Below are positions 47,433 to 55,259 of a stretch of 62,662 nt of DNA, piece by piece. The translations under genes and the position numbers were made by a program. The notes beneath the pieces are model-generated. The model was not told the DNA's origin. It did not search any database and saw nothing but the letters and a program-made list of their open reading frames with translations. Source of the DNA: a virus (taxonomy: Duplodnaviria > Caudoviricetes). Location: positions 1 to 62,662 of IMG/VR virus record IMGVR_UViG_3300032304_002568; one strand, given 5' to 3'. The stretch's first letter is position 1. The number at the start of each line of letters is the position of its first letter.

Positions 47433-47725
47433 AAACAATCGAACTAATCAACGGCGAATGGAAGGTCCGCACAGACCTGCATATTACAGACGAGCAAACT
47501 AAAATCCTCCAAAGCCGTCCGCTCTGGAACGAGCAACGCCAAGCACTGCTGCGGGAGCTTTCTTTCTATTCCCAAGCTGAGCCAGATGATGCGGCTTCAG
47601 CGCAAGCTATCTTTGATAAGTTCAAGTTGGACGGCGAAATCATTTCCGCAAGCGTCTCCCTGCCAGATGGCAGTGGGATCATCAACTGCCGCGTGAATGG
47701 TGAGTATCAACAAATCCGCTTTTAA
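47429..47725 (+). CDS. Hypothetical protein (possible fibre chaperone)
   Basis: Coupled to the spike gene. Confidence 0.5.
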   Translation: MKTIELINGEWKVRTDLHITDEQTKILQSRPLWNEQRQALLRELSFYSQAEPDDAASAQAIFDKFKLDGEIISASVSLPDGSGIINCRVNGEYQQIRF

Positions 47726-47727
47726 CA

Positions 47728-47910
47728 ATGGACAAAAAATTTAACGCAACCACAGTCGAAACCAACGGAGTCCGCACCGTCGAAGGGGGCGGCACAGGCG
47801 CGACCACCCCAGCGCAAGCTCGCGTCAATCTCGGTATCCCCGCCCCTCCCGCCTCCGGCACCTACGCCCTCCGCTCCGTGAATGGCGTGCTTTCGTGGGT
47901 CGAGGTCTAG
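47728..47910 (+). CDS. Short fibre-like peptide
   Basis: GGTGATT.AQARVNLG fibre motif. Confidence 0.55.
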   Translation: MDKKFNATTVETNGVRTVEGGGTGATTPAQARVNLGIPAPPASGTYALRSVNGVLSWVEV

Positions 47911-47976
47911 CTTCCCCTCTCCGTGTCCTCCGTGGTGAACCCCGCCGAGCAGAGTTGACGCCAAGGCGTGCGGGTA

Positions 47977-48771
47977 ATGCGCCTATCGCTCGACATAGAC
48001 ACTCGCAAGCCGTCCTCTTGGAATGGGGGATTCTTGGAGCGTTTGTGGGCGGCGAGGCACGACCGCATGCCGGTCGAGGTGCGATTCACGCGCGGCCATG
48101 TGCCGTGCGCGCTGCCCGAGGGGGCCGTGGGGCGAGTCGGCATCAAGGCACCTGGCAACCAAGAGGGCGCGCTCATCGTGTTTTCCAACGAATGGGTCGT
48201 CTCGACGCCAGAGGGTGATCCCGCCCCCACCTATACCTTTACGCTTGATCTTAATACTGTCGCCATGGAGGCGCTCTTTGCCGACTCTCCCGAGCGCGTG
48301 CCGCTCACTCTGGAGATCGAGTGGCAATACGAGGTCGGCGGCACGCTCTGCACCCAGACCTCCCGCCCGCTGCCGATCAATATCACCAACGACTACATCA
48401 AAGGCACCGAGGGCACTCCCGGCTCGCTGCCCGACTACAAAGCCACTCTCGCCGAAGCGCTTGCAGGAACGGCTAATGATAAGTGGATGACGCCGCTCCT
48501 CGTCTCGCAGATCATTAACAACCGCGACGATGTGCTGGACTTCACCGATGTGAGCCAATTCCCCGCTCAGGGCGATAAGGGCAAAATCTACATGGCAGAA
48601 ACCGTGGCCTACGCATGGACAGGAACAGCTTACGAGAAAATCTCGCGCGATAGCGTGTTCAATGGCCCGACTCCGCCCGCCGATCCAGAGGAAAACGACC
48701 GCTGGATCGATTCGACCACTTTCATTGCCTACGATTATGTCGGGGGCAACTGGATACAAACGTCAGTATAA
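47977..48771 (+). CDS. BppU-like adaptor plus fibre segment
   Basis: MRLSLDIDT paralog; ATLAEALAGT...MTPL and FP..G..GKIY motifs. Confidence 0.6.
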   Translation: MRLSLDIDTRKPSSWNGGFLERLWAARHDRMPVEVRFTRGHVPCALPEGAVGRVGIKAPGNQEGALIVFSNEWVVSTPEGDPAPTYTFTLDLNTVAMEALFADSPERVPLTLEIEWQYEVGGTLCTQTSRPLPINITNDYIKGTEGTPGSLPDYKATLAEALAGTANDKWMTPLLVSQIINNRDDVLDFTDVSQFPAQGDKGKIYMAETVAYAWTGTAYEKISRDSVFNGPTPPADPEENDRWIDSTTFIAYDYVGGNWIQTSV

Positions 48772-48797
48772 CAACAAAAAAACAATAAATAAATAAT

Positions 48798-51197
48798 ATG
48801 GCAGCTCTAAACTTCCCGCCTTCACCGGCCCTCAACGACATCTTCACCTCGGGCGACCGCTCGTGGATTTTCAACGGCACAGCCTGGCAGCTTCGTCCTC
48901 GCACGACGGATAACATCGCCGAAGGCACCACCAACCTCTACTACACCGACGCTCGCGTAGCAGCCGCACCGGCAGTCACCGCGCTCCAGACCGACTTGGC
49001 CGCAGAGGTTTCCACCCGCACGACCGAGATCGCTCGTATCGACACTCGCGTGGACAATGTTCTCTCGAATATCGATCCCGCTGCGCTCGACTCACTTACA
49101 GAGGTCGTCACAGCATTTCAAAATGCTGACGGTTCGCTGAGCGATGCCATTACAGCACTCAGCACAGCCGCCACCTCGGCCCTGGGCGTAGAGCGCGATG
49201 CCCGCATCGCTGCAGATTCCGACCTGCAATCCGCCATCGATGCCGAAGCCACTCGCGCTCAAGGCGTAGAGGCTCAGATCAATACCGACCTCTCTGCCGA
49301 GGTCACAGCACGCCAAGCGGCGATCACTGCCGAGCAATCCGCTCGTGCCACAGCGATCTCCACCGAGCAGACTGCCCGCGCCGCAGCTATCTCCGCCGAG
49401 CAATCCGCTCGTGAGACAGCCATCTCCACCGAGCAGACCGCCCGCGCCGCAGCCATCTCCGCCGAGCAATCCGCTCGTGAGTCAGCGATCAACACCGAGC
49501 GCACAGCCCGCGAGACAGCCATCTCCTCCGTGAACACACGGGTGGATAATGTCCTGTCCAATATCGATCCTGCTGCACTCGACTCGCTTACAGAGGTCGT
49601 CGCTGCCTTTCAAGATGCTGACGGTTCCCTCGCGGACACCATCGCCAACCTGACATCCAGCTCTGCCTCAGCGGTCGCCGCCGAAGAAACTCGCGCTCTC
49701 GCCGCCGAAGCTGGTCTTCAGGCTGCAATCGATGCCGAAGTCACAGCTCGCCAAGCAGCTATCACCGCCGAGCAATCCGCCCGCGCAGCAGCCGTCACTG
49801 CCGAAGAAACCCGTGCGCTCGCCGCAGAAGGCGTTCTCGCTGGCGACATCGACAGCCTGGAAACCGCTCTCGCCGCCGAAGTCTCGGCCCGCGAAGCAGC
49901 TATCACTGCTGAGCAGACAGCTCGCGCCGCAGCCGTCTCTGCCGAGGAAACCCGCGCCCTCGCAGCCGAAGGGGTTCTTGCCAGCGATCTCGCAGCCGTC
50001 AATACCCGAGTGGATAATGTCCTCTCAAATATCGACCCAGCCGCTCTCGACTCCCTCACGGAAGTCGTAAGCGCCTTTCAGAGCGCTGATAGCAGCATCA
50101 ATGGGGCCATCACCAGCCTCGCCGAGTCCGCTTCGACGGCCCTCAACACCGAGCGCGATGCCCGCATTGCCGCCGATACAGCGATCAACACCACCGTAAG
50201 CACCCTCACCGACTCGATCCCCGATCGCGTCCGCGCCGTGCTCCTCAGTGGCCTCTCGCTGGCTACCAACGCCGCCATCACCGCAAGTGACTCGGTATTG
50301 AGCGCCTTCGGCAAACTCCAAGCACAAGTCACCGCAGCCTTCAGCGCGATCGACTCCGAGGTTTCCACTCGCACCAGCGAAGTGAGCCGCCTCGACGGCC
50401 GTGTGGATACGGAAATCTCCGACCGCCAAGGCGAAGTCTCTCGCGTCGATGGTCGCATCGATACCGAGATCAGCGACCGCACCAGCGACGTCCAGAGCGT
50501 CCGCGACGCCCTCGCCACAGAGGTCTCCGACCGCACGAGCGATGTGCAAAGCGTCCGCGATGTCACCGACAACCACGAGGGCCGCCTGAACACCGCCGAG
50601 TCACAACTCGCCGGCCTGGGCACCATGTCCACGCAGAACTCGGATGCTGTAAACATCACCGGCGGCACCATCACCGGGGTCACAGTGAATGCGCAGAGCA
50701 TGGAAGTCGGCACAGGCGCGACCGCCGATCTCTTCGTCGGCAACGACGGCAAAGTCGGCATCGGCACAGAGGCTCCTACAGAGAAGCTCACAGTCAATGG
50801 CAACATCGACATCCTCGGCGGCGAGATTAAGAATCTTGCAAAGGTTTCTACGCAAGAAGGCTTAGTTGTTTCACTCTCGGGTGATGAGCTAACTCTCAAG
50901 CCTGGGGAAATAACCAGCAACTATGGCAATTCAAAGCTAAATTTTGAAGAAGGTTTTCTTAAGGTAAATGACGAGGTTAGGGTTTCATGGTATGGTTCCA
51001 ATGGTCTTGGAAGCACATATGTGCCTAATGCTGATATGGATGTTGTCCGTATGCTTGAGCTGAACACCAAGCAAATCAAGCTCGTCGTCAGCGACACCGC
51101 GCCTGAGCACATCGACGGGAGGGAGTGGCTCGATACCACCGACTTTCGCCGCTACATCAGCATCAGCAACGCCTGGGTAGAAAGCATCACGGCTTAA
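48798..51197 (+). CDS. Long coiled-coil tail fibre
   Basis: Three VDNVLSNIDPAALDSLTEVV repeats, 11-aa tandem repeats, LGTMSTQN...V.ITGG and GKVGIGT motifs. Confidence 0.8.
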   Translation: MAALNFPPSPALNDIFTSGDRSWIFNGTAWQLRPRTTDNIAEGTTNLYYTDARVAAAPAVTALQTDLAAEVSTRTTEIARIDTRVDNVLSNIDPAALDSLTEVVTAFQNADGSLSDAITALSTAATSALGVERDARIAADSDLQSAIDAEATRAQGVEAQINTDLSAEVTARQAAITAEQSARATAISTEQTARAAAISAEQSARETAISTEQTARAAAISAEQSARESAINTERTARETAISSVNTRVDNVLSNIDPAALDSLTEVVAAFQDADGSLADTIANLTSSSASAVAAEETRALAAEAGLQAAIDAEVTARQAAITAEQSARAAAVTAEETRALAAEGVLAGDIDSLETALAAEVSAREAAITAEQTARAAAVSAEETRALAAEGVLASDLAAVNTRVDNVLSNIDPAALDSLTEVVSAFQSADSSINGAITSLAESASTALNTERDARIAADTAINTTVSTLTDSIPDRVRAVLLSGLSLATNAAITASDSVLSAFGKLQAQVTAAFSAIDSEVSTRTSEVSRLDGRVDTEISDRQGEVSRVDGRIDTEISDRTSDVQSVRDALATEVSDRTSDVQSVRDVTDNHEGRLNTAESQLAGLGTMSTQNSDAVNITGGTITGVTVNAQSMEVGTGATADLFVGNDGKVGIGTEAPTEKLTVNGNIDILGGEIKNLAKVSTQEGLVVSLSGDELTLKPGEITSNYGNSKLNFEEGFLKVNDEVRVSWYGSNGLGSTYVPNADMDVVRMLELNTKQIKLVVSDTAPEHIDGREWLDTTDFRRYISISNAWVESITA

Positions 51198-51213
51198 TTC
51201 AACAAGCCAACTC

Positions 51214-51240
51214 GCGCCGGAGGGAGTCACTCCCTCCGGC
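51214..51240 (+). terminator. Strong hairpin after the fibre gene (no clear T tract)
   Basis: GCCGGAGGGAG...CTCCCTCCGGC inverted repeat. Confidence 0.5.
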
Positions 51241-51312
51241 CTTGCGGTGCGTTGACGCCGCGCTCTCCGTGTGTGGAAACAAATTTAACGCAGTAAAAAC
51301 AAAACAAAAATT

Positions 51313-52146
51313 ATGGCACTTACAGACAACCTACAGGCTTTTTATAAACTCTCTGACCTCTCCGACTCCTCCGGCAACAACCGCACCCTTACAAATAACA
51401 ATGGCGTTTCATTTGCTGCTGGCAAAATTGGAAATGCTGCTGTTTTTAATGGAACAAATTGTTTATCGGTTGCTCCATTTAATATCGGGACATCATTTAC
51501 TATGGGTTGCTGGGTAAATTCAACACAGCTAAATAATTATGATGTGTTTCTCGCGCAATATGTAGGAGCGGGGTTTTACACAATGTCGGATGGAAGCGTT
51601 CAGTTTGGAGATATATCTACATGGAATGCAGCAAGTTCACCTAACGTTGTAACAGCAAACACGTGGCATCATATCGTATTGGTATCCAATGCTGGCAGTG
51701 GAACATTATACGTTGATGGGGTTGTTGTTGCTTCTGATAGTTCAAATACTTTAGACTTGAACAATAATAGCGATAACCCATTTGGTATCAATGGTGATCC
51801 AGCAGGTGGAGTGAGTTCTGTTGCAAGACAAATCGATGCGGTGGGCATCTGGAGCCGCGCATTGAATGATGCAGAAGTCGCCGAACTCTACAACAACGGA
51901 AATGGCTTGGAACTCAACCCGGCGAACTACCGTGGAGAGTGGGATAACTTCACCGACTACGGCCAAGACGATGTCGTCAGCGTCAGCGGCGTATACTGGA
52001 AGCTCACGGGCCTCGGTGGCTGGACAGTCGGCGGCGCGCCTGGTCTCGGCTACGGCTGGACTCTGCTCGCCCCAGCTCCCGTGGGCGGCAAGGTCAGTCT
52101 CTCAGGCCGGATCAGTCTCTCGGGTCGTGTGAAATTCGGGGTTTAG
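51313..52146 (+). CDS. LamG/concanavalin-like domain virion protein
   Basis: DSSGNN..LT, FTMGCWV, WHHIVL, LYVDG, IDAVGIWSRAL..AEV..LYN. Confidence 0.85.
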   Translation: MALTDNLQAFYKLSDLSDSSGNNRTLTNNNGVSFAAGKIGNAAVFNGTNCLSVAPFNIGTSFTMGCWVNSTQLNNYDVFLAQYVGAGFYTMSDGSVQFGDISTWNAASSPNVVTANTWHHIVLVSNAGSGTLYVDGVVVASDSSNTLDLNNNSDNPFGINGDPAGGVSSVARQIDAVGIWSRALNDAEVAELYNNGNGLELNPANYRGEWDNFTDYGQDDVVSVSGVYWKLTGLGGWTVGGAPGLGYGWTLLAPAPVGGKVSLSGRISLSGRVKFGV

Positions 52147-52149
52147 GCC

Positions 52150-52455
52150 ATGAGCTTCCCTACCGATCCGGTGGACTACCAAGTCCACACCGATGCTGGC
52201 CGCACTTGGGTCTTCATACCCGAGCGGCAGACCTGGCAAGTCTGCAAAGAGCCACCGATTCCGCACAAGTCGCAGCACATCAGCGGGCCAGACTCGATCA
52301 CGCCCGCTGAGATCGGGGCGGCGAGCCTCACACAGCTCGCGGCGGTGCTACAGCGCCTCATGGCGCTGGAAACCCGCCTGCCGCAGACTCCTATCTACGG
52401 CACGCACGCCCTCAAGGCGGTCGATGGCGTCCTAACCTTCGTCGCAGACTCATGA
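52150..52455 (+). CDS. Short fibre-adaptor protein
   Basis: Mosaic of motifs shared with ORFs 44889, 47728 and 48798. Confidence 0.55.
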   Translation: MSFPTDPVDYQVHTDAGRTWVFIPERQTWQVCKEPPIPHKSQHISGPDSITPAEIGAASLTQLAAVLQRLMALETRLPQTPIYGTHALKAVDGVLTFVADS

Positions 52456-52823
52456 AGGCGCTGCTCCTCATCCTCGCTCTCCTCGGCTCGACAGGCTGCG
52501 CGGTCACACCGCAAAGCCCCGAGCCATGGATGGCGAGGGAGCGCAACGCCTGCCTACCCACGGCCATCGCCATGTCGCAGGGGCTCAAACGCCAAGGCAT
52601 CACGGCGAAGGTCGTGCGCTACAGCTACCGGCTCCAGGGGCGTCTGCTCGGCCACGCCATCACCGCCTACCTCTACCCACCCGGAGCAAACACACTCTAC
52701 ACCTACGACTACGAAGGCTCGTGGCGCACGCGCGCCTACTGGGGCGACGACGCAGGCATAGCCCGTGCCGCCGAGTCCCTCCGTGGTCGCAACGCCCCGA
52801 TTCTCAGCTCCGAGGAACTCTAA
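52452..52823 (+). CDS. Lipoprotein with a transglutaminase/papain-like Cys-His-Asp core
   Basis: Signal peptide ending STGC; NACLP...GHAI...YD. Confidence 0.55.
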   Translation: MKALLLILALLGSTGCAVTPQSPEPWMARERNACLPTAIAMSQGLKRQGITAKVVRYSYRLQGRLLGHAITAYLYPPGANTLYTYDYEGSWRTRAYWGDDAGIARAAESLRGRNAPILSSEEL

Positions 52824-52824
52824 T

Positions 52825-53010
52825 ATGGACGAACATCAATTCAAAACACTCGCCACAGGCGTCGTCGGCGCGAGCACCAGCATAGGGGCCGCTCTCTACA
52901 GCCTCCTGCCGCAACTCGAAATGTGGATGCGCGTCGGCTCCGTCGTGATCGGCCTCGCTGTCGGCCTGCTCACGCTCGTCAAGCTCATCCGCGACTGGAA
53001 TCATCGATGA
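52825..53010 (+). CDS. Putative holin
   Basis: 61 aa, two TM segments, basic C-terminus, in the lysis cluster. Confidence 0.6.
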   Translation: MDEHQFKTLATGVVGASTSIGAALYSLLPQLEMWMRVGSVVIGLAVGLLTLVKLIRDWNHR

Positions 53011-53204
53011 GCCGACGCACGCGCCGCGCCATCTGGCAGAGCCTGCTCGCAGCCACAATAGCAGGCACGCTCAACTCCCTCGTCATCGTCCTCGCCGATC
53101 CGGCGATATTGACCGACCTACGCCGTCTCGCCCTCGCCGCCGCTGCCGGTGGGGCCATAGGACTCTGCGGCTACCTGCTCAAAAGCCCGCTCCTCCGGCC
53201 ATGA
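53007..53204 (+). CDS. Small two-TM membrane protein (holin/antiholin-like)
   Basis: Hydrophobic, coupled ORF. Confidence 0.5.
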   Translation: MSRRTRRAIWQSLLAATIAGTLNSLVIVLADPAILTDLRRLALAAAAGGAIGLCGYLLKSPLLRP

Positions 53205-53719
53205 ACACCAACGCTAAACTCACCGCGCTCCTCGTCTTGCTCGCCTATCTCCTCATCGCCGCCTTCACAGGCTGCGCAAGCAAGAGGGTCGCCAGCCCGT
53301 CGGCTCCCGTCATCGGGGCCACGGCCAGCACCTTGGCCCGCGCCACCGCCGCCACCACCCGCGCCACCTCCACAGCCAAGCGCATCGCCGCGACCGCTCC
53401 CGCTCCCGTCCAAAAAGAAATCGCCACCCTCCAAAAAGACCTCACCGAAACCACCGAGGCTCTCACGCTCGCCAGCACACAGCTCGACACCCTCGCCGCC
53501 GCCGACTCCGCCCGCGAGGCTGAACTCCTCGTCACCACACTCGCTCTCACCAAGGCTACCACTAAGCTCACCCGCGCCTCCGCCGCCATCGCCCATCGCA
53601 ACCTCATCATCCTCGTCCTCGTCGCCTCCCTCGGCGGCACGCTCCTCTACATCTTCCGCGTCCCCGCAGGCCGCCTGCTCGCCTTCGCGCTACGCAAGCC
53701 GCTTGGCATCCCGCTATGA
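53201..53719 (+). CDS. Putative unimolecular-spanin-like lipoprotein
   Basis: Lipobox FTGC, helical periplasmic part, C-terminal TM helix. Confidence 0.55.
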   Translation: MNTNAKLTALLVLLAYLLIAAFTGCASKRVASPSAPVIGATASTLARATAATTRATSTAKRIAATAPAPVQKEIATLQKDLTETTEALTLASTQLDTLAAADSAREAELLVTTLALTKATTKLTRASAAIAHRNLIILVLVASLGGTLLYIFRVPAGRLLAFALRKPLGIPL

Positions 53720-54228
53720 TCCACAGACTCCTCTCCATCGCACAGGCCGAAATCGGCGTCCGCGAGCAAGGCGGCAACAACCGAGGGGCCAGAATCGTCA
53801 CCTACCAGCAAGCCACCGAGCTTCCGCCTGGAGCGTGGCCATGGTGCGCCGCGTTCGTGGATTTCACGATCGCTGAGTGGCTCCGCAGCCCAGGCGTCGT
53901 CGCATGGCTTGGGCTAGCAAGAGAGCCAGAAGAATGGCGACCAAAAACCGCCCGCGCCTACGGCCTCACCGAGTGGGCACGAGCGCGTCCTAAGACGACA
54001 ACTCTCCTCACCGAGCGTGACCAAGCCGAGCCAGGCGATCTCGTCACATTCGACTTTTCCCATGTCGGCATCGTCCTCGAAGACGATGGAAAAAATCTTG
54101 TCACCGTCGAGGGGAACACAAACGGGCGGGGGGATCGGGACAGTGAAAGCGGGGACGGCGTGTGGCGCAAAATCCGAACCAAAAGCCTCGCAAAAGATTT
54201 CATCCGCATCCACCCGCGCAAGGGGTAG
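53716..54228 (+). CDS. Endolysin, CHAP domain
   Basis: A..EIGVRE..GNN, PWCAAFV, PGDLV.F.FSHVGIV, TVEGNT. Confidence 0.9.
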   Translation: MIHRLLSIAQAEIGVREQGGNNRGARIVTYQQATELPPGAWPWCAAFVDFTIAEWLRSPGVVAWLGLAREPEEWRPKTARAYGLTEWARARPKTTTLLTERDQAEPGDLVTFDFSHVGIVLEDDGKNLVTVEGNTNGRGDRDSESGDGVWRKIRTKSLAKDFIRIHPRKG

Positions 54229-54327
54229 AAAAAATTCCAAAAACTTTCTCTTGACACCCGCAGAGGCCGATAAAATCAGGGATTCACGGCGGATCTGTGG
54301 TATATTCTGTGATATCGTGAATGTCTC

Positions 54328-54672
54328 CTATCCAGCCCTTCGGTAGCGATCCTTCCCAGCCGTTGAGGACAAAGTGGCGGAACTCGCGGATGGACTGATA
54401 GTCCCTGCACCAACACTCGAAGGGGCCGCTGGAGTCTTCTTCTTGGTGCTCGATGCTTTTCCCGCCGGCTCGTGAGGGCCATCCGCAGCCTCCTCGCGCT
54501 CGATCCGCGCCTTGAACTCAAGCAATGCCTGCTGCACCACCAGGCTGAAGCTGGATTTCATTGTAGGATCTCCTGTAGAGCGCTTCGCGTAATTCTTCGC
54601 CCAGGAGTCCAAATCGGGCGGAAGCGACACACCTGTCACAACGCTTTTTTGTCCGGGTAGTTTCTTTTTCAT
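54328..54672 (-). CDS. Ribbon-helix-helix regulator (putative repressor)
   Basis: VTGVSLPPDLDSWAK...SFSLVVQQALLEF; divergent from 54847. Confidence 0.65.
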   Translation of the reverse strand: MKKKLPGQKSVVTGVSLPPDLDSWAKNYAKRSTGDPTMKSSFSLVVQQALLEFKARIEREEAADGPHEPAGKASSTKKKTPAAPSSVGAGTISPSASSATLSSTAGKDRYRRAG

Positions 54673-54846
54673 TTGCTGTAAACAATAGCAGCAATGGCAG
54701 CGGTGGCAACATGGGGTCATCCCCCCATAGCCCGCAAACCCTCTCCCAGAGCCGATGTCAAGTAAAAAAGCGCACTAAAAAACTTTTTTATTTTTAGTGT
54801 TGAAATCACTTTCAGCGATGAAATGATTGTCAGCGTCAAATTTCCA

Positions 54847-55002
54847 ATGAACTACAAAGCACTGAATGTCTCGCTCCCCGTGGAGCTTCACAACTGGGTC
54901 AAAAGCCGCTGCAAAAACGGCGGCATCGAAGTCCCCGTGAGCCGCGTCGTCGCCCACGCCCTTCAGGAACTCAAAAACAAAGAGGAGCGAAAAAAGAAGT
55001 AA
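54847..55002 (+). CDS. 51-aa ribbon-helix-helix regulator (Cro analogue; not in the ORF track)
   Basis: MNYKALNVSLPVELHNWVKSRCKNGGIEVPVSRVVAHALQELKNKEERKKK; stop overlaps the next ATG. Confidence 0.7.
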   Translation: MNYKALNVSLPVELHNWVKSRCKNGGIEVPVSRVVAHALQELKNKEERKKK

Positions 55003-55259
55003 TGAAATACTCTGTCATCATGGCCGAGCGGCGTGGAGCCGTGGGAGTCGAGGATGCCGAGCGCATCGTCGGCGGCGGGCAGATGCTCGCGCTCATGCGG
55101 CGGGCAGGCTGGCTCTCCCCGAGAGTCACGGGCAACCGACTCACCCTTTTCGACTACGACGAGTGCCTTGGGGCGTGGAAGCGCGTGGTCTTGGAAGGGA
55201 TGGAGGCGCTTCGCTGCGCCGCCCGAACAAAAGCTCAATCTCGGAGTCCGAAGGGATAA
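55002..55259 (+). CDS. Putative excisionase-like DNA-binding protein
   Basis: Small; convergent with the integrase; wing-like GWLSP...LTLFD. Confidence 0.45.
   Translation: MKYSVIMAERRGAVGVEDAERIVGGGQMLALMRRAGWLSPRVTGNRLTLFDYDECLGAWKRVVLEGMEALRCAARTKAQSRSPKG

Noticed and set aside
1101-47939. Family A repeats as a CRISPR array
   Set aside because: They are dispersed, irregularly spaced, in both orientations and variable, and no cas genes are present
54251-54276. Sigma70 promoter TTGACA...TAAAAT antisense to the repressor
   Set aside because: The spacer is only 14 nt and there is no downstream plus-strand gene; not supportable without start-site data
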